Source: Octopus sinensis
Lineage: Eukaryota
Reading direction: 5' to 3'
Assembly: GCF_006345805.1 (NCBI RefSeq)
Contig: NW_021833053.1
Coordinates: 1 to 64,000 of the forward strand
Length of the DNA stretch: 64,000 nucleotides
Shown: positions 26,943 to 40,876 of the stretch, in pieces
Layout: the number at the start of each line of letters is the position of its first letter
Numbering within the stretch: the stretch's first letter is position 1
Program-made: the position numbers and the translations under genes
The notes under the pieces: generated by a model
What the model saw: only the letters and a program-made list of their open reading frames with translations
Database searches by the model: none
What the model was told of the DNA's origin: nothing

Positions 26943-28442
26943 TGCCGATTTGTCTTTTGCATTTAGCTAAAGAGCTGTGAGAGGTTACATTCCTCAAAGA
27001 AAATATTTTTATATAGAATTTTTTTTTTATTTTCCTTTTGTAATATCTCTTCTCACTAATTTTCTCCTTCCCTCTCTTTCTCTCTAGAACATTCTAGAAT
27101 TTATGCTATAAATTCCCCATTGTCCTGTATTCATTTCAACTTTCAATAATGTCAACAGCCAGCCATTATTTTGGTCCTCTCCATCTTAATTCCTCTTTAC
27201 TTTCTGATTTTTTTCTAATTATGCCGATCAAGTCAGAAAATCCATCTCCGTCATTCTGAGTCACTTAAAAACCACTTTTCATTCTGCCAGTTGCAGAAGA
27301 ATTCTCCATTAAGTTAGTTACAGCCTTTATATGGAATTTGTTCCATTAACAAGAATTCGTGAATATAAATGAAAGCTATGCGTTTAGAAAAAACAGTAAA
27401 GACGGGAAAAAATGTAAAAAAAAAGATTAAGAGCGGAGGAGGTACAACAGGAAAAAATAAAACAAGTGTAATATGATAGCATAATTGGAGAATAAAGAAA
27501 GGATTGTGTTTTGTATTCTTGATTTAAATGCATTTTTTTAAAGATACATCAAGCTTTGTAGATATATTTAGACCATCAGCTGGCTAAGTCAATACTATGC
27601 ATTAGACCAGTGTTAGACCATCAACAGACTGAGTTGAGAGCATATTAGACCATCAGCCAGCTGATCTGACACAATGTTAGACTAGAAAACCAAGTGTTTA
27701 CTGTTTCGTATCTAGTTGTCTTTACAGTGACATATCTTTAACCCAAAGCAATTCTCTATGACTCAGTCTCCCTAGCTGTAAATGTAAACCACTAACAGGA
27801 ATAGAATTTTCTTTATTGTCAGGACTATGAAAAGCAGAACTTGCACAAAATAATTTATCTCAGACAACACTGAAACAGTATTCTTGATAGTAATTGCCTG
27901 CTATAATAGCTCTGACCTGATGAAGAGGACTGCCAGAATATCATATCTCTTCTCACAGCATACTACCTTAATCCATCGTGTTCTAGCCAAACAGGACAAC
28001 TAGACAATAAATATTCTTCACTAAGGGTACAATATGATGGTTTTCAGCAAGATAGCAGGGTTGTGCTATTAAAGGGCAGGATTTTCAGATTACAGCTTCA
28101 GTCCAATCGACGGACTTTTGCAGAATTTCTATCTTCCTTGTTTTACAAACTTGACAGGAACCCCAATTCATCATAAAAAAACACTTGCCCAACTTTCCAC
28201 ACAGTAGAATCAACCATGAAACCTCACAACTGAGGGCAGACTTCTTCACCACTGAGCTATCCGTCTTACATTACGGAGGTTTTAAACTATTAGTGATGCA
28301 CATTAGCCCTATGGTCATACCTACAGTTTTATAGAAAACTGACAATTGGTAACCCAAAGCCTAGTAATGTAGCTACTATGACAGTGTTGCATTAGATGAG
28401 AACAGATGAATGAAAACAAATTTTAATCAATTTTCAAGTGAA

Positions 28443-28650
28443 AGGTGAGCAAGCTGGCAAAATTATTAGTATGCTGGGCAAAATGCTTAGCAGCATTTCG
28501 TCTGTCTTTACATTGTGAGTTCTAATTCCACCAAGGCTGACTTTGCCCTTCATCCTTTCGGGGTCAAGAAAATAAGTACTAGTTGAACCCTGGGTTCAAT
28601 GTAATCAACTCAGCTCCTCCCTCAAACCTAGCCTTGTGCCAAAATTTGAA
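28443..28650 (+). mobile_element. SINE family A (diverged)
   Basis: AGGTGAGCAAGCTGGCAAAA...GCCCTTCATCCTTTCGGGGTC core. Confidence 0.7.
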
Positions 28651-30529
28651 ACCAATTTACTTTCATTAGGAAAACAAGGAGCTAAAGCTGATTATTGATT
28701 ATTAATTAATGATGAAACTTCAATATTAATGGCTCTGAACAAAAAACATGTTTGCTAAATAGTAACCACTTTATAAGGCAATTAGATCATGATGTGTGTC
28801 TTTATATACACACACACACATGCATATTCCTTTTCCCCCCAACACATCTTGGTTCTCTGTCTTCATTCATTCTGACACCATGCTCTTGCTACTACTTTTC
28901 AGCAACACATTCTGGTTCTGTCTTGGTCGTCATTATCTCCTGGGTTACATTGCTCGTTATCACTTCATCCCCCTTGCTCACATTACTTTGACTGTATACA
29001 TTTCAAAATACTATCCTGAACACTTATCCTTTTAGAACTTCTCACTACCATTCATGCATCTATCTGCCTGATACCTTATCTTTCTCATTCTGATTGGTGA
29101 GCAAGGAGACGGAGTCAAGAGGTCCCTTTGGTCTTGAGTACAATGAAAGCACCCAGTGCTCTCTAGAAAGTGACTGGAAAGAGGGACATCAAGCTGTAGA
29201 AACCAAGCTAAAAAATGTGCTGACTCAAAACCACATTTTTTTTTCCTTTCCTTAGTGTGTGTGGGGAGAAACAATAAATAAATAGCAGATAAGCAGTGGG
29301 TGGATATAACTAACAAGATATAACCCAAACAATGTGTGGCCTTGTGCCCATGTTAGAAACCTTCATGATTAAGATGTATAGTGCAGAATTAAATTCAACA
29401 TCCCTTGAGGATAAATTTTATATACATGTACATACATGTGTACACACACATGCCCAAACATACACATAGATGTAAATATATATGGACAAAGCTAATTAGG
29501 TTAGTTAAATCAGGTAGCCAATATGTGGCCTTGTGCCAGTACATGAAATCATTACTATTATCAGTAAAAACTCATCAATAAAATATTTTTTTTTTTAAAT
29601 CAACTTTGTTTTTCATCCTTCTGAGTTCAATAAAATAAAGTACCTGCAAAGTACTGAGATCGATAGCAATGTCTCAGGGTATTTTTCTCAGCTCTTTATG
29701 TTCTGAGTTGAAATCTCACCAATGTCAGCTCCCTCTGGGGTTGATAAAGAACCAATCAATTGCTTTGGTTGATTTAACTAACCTATCTCCTCAAACCTGC
29801 CAACCTTGGACCCGAATCAAAAACATTACTATTAGTGTTGGATTGGTAGAATAATTTGGGCATTAAACAAAAGGTTTTTTTTTTTTCAGTTCATTACATT
29901 CTAGGTTCAAATCCCACCAATCAACTTTGACTTTCATCCTTTCAAGGTCAATAAAATACCAGTAAAATATTGGAACTGATGTAATCAGCAAACCTCTCCT
30001 GCAAACATTGCCAACTATATTCCAAAATTTTAAAAAATAGATCTGTTATTGTTTTTATTGATTATAGTAAGATAAAATGATTTTAATTTCTAAATTCTGA
30101 ATTTAAATCCTGGATTAACAACTTTTCCTTTCATGTTTTCAACATTGATAAATCAAGAGAGCTTCAGTAAACACTTTTACAATTCATTAAAAAAATTCTC
30201 AGCCAAATTTTAAAATATCTAAAATCAAGTTGAGAATCCCCACCACATGCACACACAAATATCCAAAACTGCATGCAAATAAGAATGTCATATGGTTAAC
30301 TACCAGAGCCGTTCACCAACATACCACTACCACAAGTTGATAAATCCATTGTATTACCCTCTCCTATAACAATAGATTGCCCCCTCTTATTGCACTCTAC
30401 TCTGTCTTGCCATGCAAATCCTACATTAAACAATTTTTCTTCATCTTTCTACCCCAAACTTGGTCCACTTGGACCTCCTTTACCTAGATTTTTTTATGCA
30501 GATATTGACCTACCAATATTTAAAATGAA

Positions 30530-30815
30530 CGTAAAAAGCACCATCCGAACGTGGCCAATGCCAGCGCCGCCTTGACTGGCTTCTGTGCCGGTGGCACGTA
30601 AAAAGCACCAACCGATCATGGCCACTGCCAGCCTCCACTGGCACGTAAAAAGCACCCACTACACTCACGGAGTGGTTGGCGTTAGGAAGGGCATCCAGCT
30701 GTAGAAACACTGCCAAATCAGACTGGAGCCTGGTGCAGCCTCCTGGCTTCCCAGACCCCAGTCGAACCGTCCAACCCATGCTAGCATGGAAAATGGACGT
30801 TAAACGATGATGAAC
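30530..30815 (+). mobile_element. Family C LINE 3' UTR element
   Basis: Tandem GTGCCGGTGGCACGTAAAAAGCACC sub-repeats followed by the CATGCTAGCATGG...GATGATG tail. Confidence 0.8.
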
Positions 30816-32003
30816 ATCAATCACATCAAATGTCTGGTCTAAAATTGGCTGCAAAAGGTCATGAACACTGCCCTTCTTCCTTTGACTAACTTACATGAAA
30901 CAAAAACACACAAGTAGATTAGAGCTTGATGACCATTCTCTCCTCTTTTTAACAGGTTTCAAACTTCACAATCTTCCTAACCATATTTCTCTATTCTGTT
31001 TATTCTCTCCCTTTCCATCTGTTGGTGAAATAAGAAAAATCTAGACGGTCACAGGATAGAATATTAAAATTGCCATTCAAAACATTACATTTTCATCCTT
31101 CAATTGGCTGTTCTTAATATCAGCATTTGTGATAAAGTAGAACAATTTCATCAGAATTCATTAGGAATCCTTCAGCATAATATATAATCCAAACTTTTTA
31201 ACTGCTTTTATTATACAAGTCTGATTGTTTGTTACATAAATTTATAGCAATGAATGATATAAATATGTTATTTCTCTGCAAATTTTATGAGACTTAAGTT
31301 GGCTTTAGTCCTGATAATGATGAGTTATCAATTGCTTGGAAGATTTAGGAGACAAAATGGCTATTATGTCTATCAAACAACCACCAGAATTGCATCACCA
31401 GATGGTATTAATGACCACTGGGGAAATATAGTGAAAACTTATGGAAAGCTTTCCAACACAACATATATTTGTGATATAAATCTTTGCCAAACCTCTGCCC
31501 ACCCCCAACACAAAGCCATTCCAAGACTTACAACACAGATACACATTTTACCTTTTATTCGTTGTAGTCACTGAACTTCAGCAATGCTGAGATACCATTT
31601 TGAAGTCTGATACTTATTAGTCTCTTTGCCAAAGTGCTAAGTTACAGGGATGTAAACAAACCAACACTGTTTGCCAAGTAACGGAGTATGGTAGAGGTGA
31701 GATGGCTATTCAAAGGTACAGAAAGGAAGTGTACAGGGAGAATACTGTGGAGAAAAGAAGTGGGGAATGAGAATAAGGGATGGAAGATGGATTTTTTTGT
31801 AAGTAATATTACATTTAATTCATTAATAGCGAAACAATTGTCCCAAAATAATCTGTATTTTTGTTATTTTTTACTTGCCCTGTCCGTGTGAGCTAACAGT
31901 CGTACTGGCTTTCATGGGAAACATGTATTTTTCGTGGTTGAAACCTTTTGGATTAACTGGTGCTAGAGTGAGCAATATAGTGACCACTCTCTTATATTTA
32001 TTT

Positions 32004-32036
<33 letters not shown>

Positions 32037-32043
32037 GTTCCAC

Positions 32044-32075
<32 letters not shown>

Positions 32076-32359
32076 GGTTCCACATAAAAATATATATATA
32101 TATATATATATATATGGTTCCACATAAAAACACTGGTACTGATGGCACATAAAAAGCACCCAGTATACTCTGTAAAGTGGTTGGTATTATGAAGGGTGGG
32201 TGGTGAAATAAGTGAGAGGTTTGATGTGAAGGTGGGGTTAAGACAGGGTTGTGTGGTGTCTCTGTGGCTGTTGAATTTATATGTGGATGGTGTGGTGAGA
32301 GGGGCAAATGCTGAACCCTTGGTAGGGATGCCCAAATGATGGAAGAAAATAAGGAGAGA

Positions 32360-33190
32360 AATGGCAGGTGAGTCAGTTGATGTTAGCTGATGATACAGCA
32401 TTTGTGGCGGATTCAGAAGAGCAACTGAGGAGACTGGAGGTAGAGTTTGGAAGAGTGTGTGGGAGGAAGAAACTGAAAGTGAATGTAGCTAAGAGTAAGG
32501 TGAGATGTTCGAGAGATGGAATGGCTGGTAGGATGGATGTGAGTATAAATGGTGAGATGTTAGAGGAGGTGAGTGTTTTTAAAGCATCTGGGGTCACATG
32601 TGACAGCGGATGGGGGGGAATTGGGATACAGAGTGAGGGAGGGGAGTAAGATACTTGGAGTTGTGAAAAGTATACTGAGAGATAAAAGGTTTAGTATGAA
32701 AGCGAAAAGGTGTCTATGAGGGCGTGATTGTACTGACGATGTTACCTGGTGCAGAGATGTGGAGGTAGAGAGGAGGCTACTAGATGCGTTTGAGGTGAGA
32801 TGTCTGAAGAATATGACTGGTGTGACACAGATGGACAGGAGGAGGAGTGAGGTGTGAAGATGATCAAGGAATGAGAGAAAAACTAACAAATTGGATGGAT
32901 GAATGTTAAGGTGGTTTGGCCACATGGAAAGGATGGATGAGGAGCAGATGATAAGGAGGGTGATGAAGGCAGAAGTGGTAGGAAGCAGAACCAGAGACAG
33001 ACCTCGGTTTGTGTGGATGGATGGAATGAGGAAAGCTTTGGTGGTTAGAGGTGATGGAGTGAGAGAGGCAAGAGAGTTTATAAATGATAGGAAAGCTTGG
33101 AGAGTATTTGTGGATGGATGAGTGAATTTGATGTTGCTCAAAGGGGTATGGAAGCAGCATGATGCAGCGGGGGTAAACCAGGATATGCTG
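32360..33190 (+). mobile_element. Degenerate RTE-clade LINE RT 3' fragment (second, purine-rich family)
   Basis: LMLADDTA, LKVNVAKSKV and LRWFGHMERM...RTRDRPRFVWMD motifs in broken ORFs. Confidence 0.85.
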
Positions 33191-34149
33191 TCAGGCCCTG
33201 CTGCTGATATTGGGGGTTGTGTTCTATGCCTTGACCTGAGCATAGAACGGGGTTCACCCCTTTAAACTGGGAAATGAATGGAATGGTCGGTGTGTTTTGT
33301 TGTGGCTACCCACTTCTAAAAGAAATGGAGAATAGGTCTGGCTGTGTGTGTATATATATATATGAGTTTGGCTATTCTGCATTGATAAAGGGCAAATACC
33401 CTGAAACAAAGTTTGAATCCTGCCAAGGTCAAATTTACTTTTCATTCTTTCAAGGATTGATAAAGTACCAGTCAAGTGCTGAGGTCAATACAGTAAAAAA
33501 CTCCCTCATCCTAATTTTAACCTTGTGCCAAAATTTGGAAAATTATTATTATTTACATGAGTACAGTTCAATATATGTGTGTGTGTGTGTGTGTATGTGA
33601 GTATTACATGTAAAAAGCAAATTAAACATGTACTCTTCGTTTGAAATGAGATTAAGTGAAATACTTATCAACTAAGTGTTGCACTTAGTTGGCTAGGAAC
33701 TTACAACTTCCCATGGGTACCAATCTAGTTCGGCTCAGTAGAGTATTGATTCAATGCTAGAAATTCCACAGAGTACATACTTCTAGTAGATGAGAATGCT
33801 TCTTTTTTTTTTTCCCTCCTCCCTTATCACTTATAATACGTGATAACATGACCAGCCTAAGGGGAAAGTGAAAATGTAGGAATAAAGCTTTTATTATGAT
33901 TTATTAAATAGAGGCATATAGCATTAATTACATATTTATTATGTTTGCATTTTTTTTCTTTGCTAACTGGAAGACCCAAAACGCATGAAGTGATGCCTCT
34001 TACCACATGACCCCACCATGACTACCACCAGTAAGTATTGCCATTGCCAGTATGTTCAACCAGTCATGCTTGATAATGTGATTGGTGCTTCTTCAATCTT
34101 GCTTTGGGTAGGATTATTTTATCAATATTCAAAATTCAAAGTCGAAATC

Positions 34150-34597
34150 AAACTCGGTGACCGACATCCGTTGCTAGTGGAGCGCTAAGAGCGAGATCGT
34201 TGCCAGAGCAACAAGCTGGCCTTCGTGCCGATGGCACGTTAAACACACCATTCAAGCGTGATCATTAGCGCGTCGCCTTGCTAGCACTTGTGCTGGTGGC
34301 ACGTGAAACATTTGAGCGAGGTCATTGCCAGTGCCACTGGACTGGCTCCTGTGCAGGTGGCACATAAAAAGCACTATTAGAGTGTGGCCATTGCCAGTAC
34401 CACCAAACTGGCCCTCAAACCGATGGCACATAAAAGCACCCACTACACTCTCGGAATGGTTGATGTTAAGAAGGGCATCCAGCTGTAGAAACTCTGCCAG
34501 ATCAGGTTGGAGTCTGGTGCAGCCATCTGGTTCACCAGACCTCAGTCAAATCGTCCAACCCATGCTAGCATGGAAAGCGGACATTAAATGATGATGA
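34150..34597 (+). mobile_element. Family C LINE 3' UTR element (long form)
   Basis: Same module as at 30530 and 55390, ending GATGATGAT. Confidence 0.75.
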
Positions 34598-35522
34598 TTC
34601 AAGGTAGCAAAATGCTTAACGGCATTTCATCCATCTTTACATTCTGGGTTCAAACTCCAAGGTCCATTTTGCCTTTCATTCTTTCAGAGTTGATAAAATA
34701 AACACCAATTCAGCAGTGGGGTTGATGTAACTGACTTAACCCCTTACCCAAAATTACTGGTCTTCTGCTCAAATTTGAAACCATTATTTCATCAATATTC
34801 AGGGTGGGAGATGGTACATGCAGTATTTAGTAATTTGCTGCTTTACATTCAAAGTTCAATTCCTGTTGGAGAGAGTTCAAGATTGTTTTTTCCAATAGAT
34901 CAAATACTAGTAAGAGACTCAAGTTAGTTCATCATTCTCATCATTTTACACCTGTTCTTCCATGCTCGCATGGGTCTTCTGCAGCACACTATCTCATCAC
35001 TTGTTGCAGTCTTTTGTCATCACTTTCAAAAGGTACAGTTGACCAAGATTATCTTTCACCAGTTCTTCCCATGCCTTCTTTTGATTTTCCCCCTTTCACA
35101 AATTCCTTCACCTTGGATCACTTGGCACTTTTGAACCAACTGTCATCCTACACAGGCAACATATACCTGCACTGCCACAGCTTCTTCACAGATCCTCTAC
35201 ATCTGATTTCTCCTATACCAAATTTTTCTCTTTGTTCAATCACGTGACCTGGTGGTCTCGATACAGGAGGTAGTGGAGATTAATCCAAAAGGATGAAAGG
35301 CAAAGCCAACCTCAAATTCAAACTCAGATCATGAAGACTGACAAAATGCCACTAAGCATTTTGCCCAGCATGCTAACGATTCTGCCAGCTCACTGCCTTA
35401 ATAATAATAATGAGGATTTCAAATATTGGCACAAAGCCAGCAGTTTCGAGGAGGGGTTAAACTGATTACATCAACCCCAGTACATTATTTACATTATATG
35501 TGTCCTCATCTTGTTTGTTGCT

Positions 35523-35568
35523 ACCACAACATTTTGACTGATTAACTCTCCAGCCTTCATCAGGTGTC
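35523..35568 (-). ncRNA. Decayed minimal hammerhead-ribozyme-like motif (CUGAUGA core)
   Basis: Minus strand reads GACAC-CTGATGA-A-GGCTG(gagagttaat)CAGTC-AAAA-TG-T-T-GTGGT. Helix I/II topology is retained. The GAAA and CG positions appear CpG-decayed. Confidence 0.45.
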
Positions 35569-37619
35569 CTGGTAGGATTTTGAACCCAACCCTGGGTTCT
35601 CATTCCTAAGGTATTTTTTTGCTGATGCTATTATTATTATTATTCATTCAAGGCACTGCCTGGAATTGAACACGCAATCTTGAGGTTAGTAGACAAGATG
35701 GGGACACATATCCGTCTAATGTAAATAATTCCTCATCTCAAAAATATAGAACAGTATCAACCCCAGCACCCAACTGGTACTGATTTCATCTACCTTAAGT
35801 TGATGAAAGGCAAAGCCAAACTCAGGAGAATTTGAACCTATAAAGAAATGCTGCTGAGCATTTTGCCCAGCATGCTAATGATTCTGCCAGCTTGCCACTT
35901 TAATAAGAGTAATAAATACAATAGACACAGGAAGAATAAGAAAGGATGATTGGGTAGGTTGCAGGAGAGTGGAGAATTCAAAGTGAAAGAGGAGAGACAT
36001 ATAGTGATAGGATAAAGATGAATTGGTGGCTCAAGAGGATGATCAATGTAAAGTGTGGGTGGAGAGGACAGGACTGATGGATGAGAGAAATCATTCCAGG
36101 GGAGGTGGTAGTAAGAAAAACAAGTGTTATCAGGGAAAAGCCAGTGAAGTATGCATTTCCTGGCGAATTATGATTTTATTCAACATATTCTCCTCTTAAA
36201 TTCACACAGTGCTCTTTCAGTTTTTCTAAGCCCTGTAAAAGAACTCAGAAGGTTGGGTCTCCAACTAGGCCTTCTGCAATACACTTAAAGCCGAAAACTT
36301 TCCAGCACCTCCTCATACATGAAGTATACACACACATACATTTATAAGATGGTCATGCAATAAATATGGTCAATGCCCATTTTTTAAAATATACATACAT
36401 CTCAACAGAAGAAATGTAGAAGAAACTTTCCTATCCACACTTCCGCCAAATACAAACAGGTCTAATATAGTTATTTAGAACACAAAATCACATGCATTCA
36501 CAGAGGTCAGATACCCTACAGAAATGAATATTTCTTTCAAATTCAATGAGAAGGAGAATATAAACAGTCATTTCAAAATCCAGAGCTCCTCCAGCCAGTT
36601 TATAAATTTATATTGGCTATATATAAAGTACATGGCCGCAGCCTTTGGGCTAAAACATTTTTAAGGATTTACATGTTCAACTATTTTGTTACCATTATTT
36701 CTGCTGAGATGCTCTGTGTTTCTTTCAATTAATTTTAAATATAACAAAGAATTTAGTAAAATAGCTTAGTTATCATTAAGCTAGTGTTAAGGAACATAAA
36801 CTGTGACTAAGGTTTGGTGGAAGATTTTAATTCATAACTTATGAAAACAAGACATTTGTACTCAGAGCCAGAGGTGGTTTCAGGTGGGTTGGTATCAAAA
36901 GGGTTAACTAACAATTAGGAAAAAATGGGGTTTTCAATGAAAATGTGACCAGCTAATACATACTTCACAAATACAATCTGTATACACATGAATTTTTTTA
37001 AAGAGTTCAACTTGTAACATTTTTAGTTTTTAACAAAATTCCAGCAAGCTACATTTCAAAAGTCAATTCTTTGAAACTTCATTCTCTATAAAAAAAGTTT
37101 CAAATAATTAAAACAAAAAGCGAGGTCGTTGCCAGTACCGCCTGACTGGCCGCGTGCAGGTGGTATGTAAAAGCACCCACGACACTCTCGGAGTGGTTGG
37201 CGTTAGGAAGGGCATCCAACTTTCAAAGTAAGGTAATATTTCCCCCATAATCAGACAGAAGATTGAGAACAAAGACCACCGCTTGCATGACTGTGACATT
37301 CGTTTACAGCTGTCACGTGATGTCAAGGAAAAGAGACAGTAACACACGCACATATACATAATAGAATGGTTAAGTAAAATCTAGGCGATCGCCACAGTAG
37401 CACTTCTTGCAGAAACCTGGCTAGCGTAGTGTTCGAATAGTGACGAGCTTCCTTTCAGTTTCCAACTACTAAATCCACTCAAGGATTTGGTCGGCCTGGG
37501 GCTATAGAAGACACCTGCCCAAGGTGTCACGTATGTATAAATACACACATATTCTGAATAGAAGACTGAAACTAGTTACGTGTATAGTTATTACACATTA
37601 TATATATATATATATATAT

Positions 37620-37740
37620 TTATTATATAGAAGGAGCTTCTACAGGACTATACTGTTTCATTCAAGAGAAATCTTCAGAAGCCTGAAGATTTCTCTTGAT
37701 GAACAGTACTAGTCCTGTAGAAGCTCCTTCTATATAATAA
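37620..37740. repeat. ~59-bp-arm inverted repeat carrying a CUGAAGA...GAAAC...GUC hammerhead-like core (putative Penelope-like pLTR fold-back)
   Basis: TTATTATATAGAAGGAGCTTCTACAGGAC...TCTTCAG / CTGAAGA...GTCCTGTAGAAGCTCCTTCTATATAATAA, with a 4-nt loop and (TA)n on the flanks. Confidence 0.75.
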
Positions 37741-37800
37741 ATTAATTTTACTGCTATTATTGAGTACCTTACTTACTGTGGTTAGGATCAACCCGGGACC

Positions 37801-37860
<60 letters not shown>

Positions 37861-40407
37861 CAGAGAGAGAGATTATTAGTACGATTCAATAGAATCTAGG
37901 CGCGTGAACACGTAGGACGCCAGAACTGGCTAGGTACCATAACAGTGATGTAAAATAAACACGAGGTATCGTGTTGGTAGTATACATCACATATTCAGAA
38001 ATGTAAGTACCAAATCCAAATTAGACTGTAGATCCGACTCAGGGTTGGTTCTAGGCGCGGCGTAGGTATAGAAAGAACACGAATGAGATTTAATCATAAA
38101 CATAAATAAAGGAACGAAACTAGAAGAAGTTTTCAAAAATTCAGAGGTTCACATTAAAAGCAGAGTTCGGCGAGTTTGTACAGCCTATAGCATGTTATTA
38201 ACGTCGATTAATTAATGAGAAACACGTAAACTAAGTGGGCAGGTGGCTTTGCTCTAGTTGTGATTGGTTGCATTGCATTTTGAAAGGATGGTGATGTGTT
38301 ACTGCTGAATATAAGTCGACTTAGCGACTGTTGACAGATATAGTATAACGATAACAACCACTTCACAAGATCATATCGTCTTGTGTTCTAACAAACAATG
38401 GGAGCTCACAAGACGGCTCAATTATCTCAGGCTGCATTTCACGGTTTTTATATTGCTTCAGTGGTTTTGCCGAATAATCCGACTAAAATTACTAATCCGA
38501 CTTAAAATATGGCTTGAAAGGCAATATATATAAAACAGGTGAGTAGTGCATTAGAGAGAGGAGGGGGAGAAGGTGTAAATAGATAAAGAGAACGAGATAA
38601 AGACAGAGAGGTGTATGAAAGAACCCTCAAGAGAGTAAGAAAGAAACAAAGAGCGTAAGGGAAATCGAAGGACAGAAAGGGTGAAAAGCCGGAGAGAGAA
38701 TGAAAAACACGAGTGTTGCGAGCAATCATCCGAATGAAAAGTTGACAGCTTCCCAGCTAATTTAAATATTAAATTAGAAAAAAAAAAAAAAGTTGCTCAA
38801 TGGAAATAATGCTTTCTGTCTTAACTGTGCTGAGAAAAAAAAAGATAGAATTGGAGGTATAGAAAGGAAAGAGACATGAGAAAAAGAATCACCGAGTTAA
38901 TTACACGACACCTGCTAGCCTCGATGCGGTCGGTCGCCTGCTAGAAACAGCAGTCAAAATTTCCCTCAAATAACACGACCGTAAAAAAGAGAGACACGTT
39001 GGCTAATGTAGTCAAAGGTAGGCGAAGCCCGAGAAAAGGCCAGTATGTCATGGCTGGAACAGTTTGGATTGTAGGAGCATTTAGTCAGAGTGGACCCGAA
39101 TTCAAACAACTTGGTTTAAGCGAAACAGTTAAGAAAAACATTAAATTTTTTTTTTGTACAATAACACGTTTATTATAATTTATTTTTGCAAACTACAGCT
39201 TTATTGTGTGTGTGGGTAGGTGTATAAGCTTTTATTTACTGCAAAGGTAACACCGATGACAGTCACACAGTGTCCAGCATAGAATAATACAGCTAAATAA
39301 ATGGACAGGCAGAAGTAGACGTGTTGTATATATAATTATATTTATTCGACGTTGATGATTCAGCTTTGAATGAATAAACTCAACTACTTTTTCCCCTCTG
39401 TTTATACACTCAGGCGTATATAATATGTCTCAATGTCTCTTTCTAACGATTTCATTTCGACAAGACACGAGACTAAATTTTTTAATTGAAAAACTAGTAT
39501 ATTACTGGTACTCATTTTATCGACTCCAGAAAATGAAAGGTGGAAATCGACATCGAGGATGAAGAAGATTTGAGCAGAGAGCATAGAGGGAGGGGGGAGC
39601 AAATTAAATATATTCATTATGTGTGTGTGTGTGACACTATTTTTGATCATGAGTGTTAATAAATGCAATTTATAAGGTAAAGAAAAATACTTGATTCTCG
39701 ACTGACATTGCTCAGTGCGTGTATGATAAAAGGTGGGGGCGTGACTAGTTCCAAACAACAGCAAATTTGGACAGGTACACCTTATCACAGCAACACATTA
39801 TACATTTAGACAATGGTTATGTTGGAGGAAAATAACAAGAACCTAGACCTTCTATAAGAGTAGAGGTGAACATTAAAACACAATAAATACAAATTAAATT
39901 GTATGGGCATTGGAAAGAAGCTAAAACATTCACGCTTTGCTTTAAAACAAAAATCAAATGTTTTGTTGGGATTTGGGGCGGTGGGTTACAGAGCTGTTGT
40001 TTTCTTGCAATTTCCTTTTTCTTCTATTTTAACAGCTTACAGTGAACAGTGATTAGAGTGAACACTGACATAAAAAACGATTTTTTAATTGCAAGCTTAG
40101 AAGTATACCTAATACTAACCACACAAATTTGCAAACTAAATCACTGGAAAATGGCAACATGCAATTAAAACACCTTTCTTTTCACTAATTAATAGTGGAC
40201 CTTTCTGCTTAAAATTAATTACAACCTGTTTTCCCACAGAAACCTGGCTTCTTGCGAGTTAAAAATTTGAATAGTGGACAGAAAGACGGTGGCACACAGG
40301 GTTAAGTCTCGTAGATTCCAATAAAACATCCAAGACATGAATGGAATTATAATAGAATTTTCTTCATACATAGACATTCAGCAAAACAGGCCAACTAAAA
40401 AGCTCAC

Positions 40408-40530
40408 CTCATCTTCACTGTCTTTATCCAAAGCACTAGTTAATGGATCCTTGAAAGTTTCTTTTGTATTAGAATGAATGTCGGCAGTGTTATCTTTCCC
40501 AGACATACAACTATCCTGGGGAGCTGCCAT
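40408..40530 (-). CDS. SNX30: SNX30/7-like coding exon 1 (MAAPQDSCMSGKDNTADIHSNTKETFKDPLTSALDKDSEDE)
   Basis: ATG in GATATGG context, 123-nt open frame and GAG|GTGAGC donor. Phase 0 matches exon 2, and the exon is adjacent to the CCAAT cluster. Confidence 0.8.
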
Positions 40531-40876
40531 ATCTGTTGTTATTGATCGTCGCTTACATCCATCACTATATTATACACCCACAACATGTAACGTCGTCAAC
40601 GATTGGTCCGTTTTCCAACGAAGCAACCAATCGAATCACATCTGACGAATACCTCTTTGCGTTTAGATTAAGGAAATATATATTTCTTTTTACTAACATT
40701 CTATTTCATTGGTTCAATCGGAAATATTGTGAAAAATCGAGCCAATGAGAGAGGCTGTTATTTGGGTTTCTCTAGCGACGTACTTTCATTCAGTGATGTT
40801 ATCATTGTGGGTCGCCGCCTCATGCTTTGTAGTCACATTTTAAGTGATTTTCGCCGACCACCAGACCTTGGGGACG
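40531..40876. promoter_or_regulatory. Bidirectional promoter/5' UTR region shared by SNX30 and INIP
   Basis: 346 bp between divergent ATGs. CCAAT boxes at 40602-40606 (rev), 40627-40631, 40708-40712 (rev) and 40742-40746. Locally CpG-rich. Confidence 0.8.

Noticed and set aside
27915-27950. CTGATGA hits as additional hammerheads (also ~12720, ~17580, ~52067, ~53545)
   Set aside because: No correctly placed GAAA and helix I/III partners, so these are treated as chance 7-mers.
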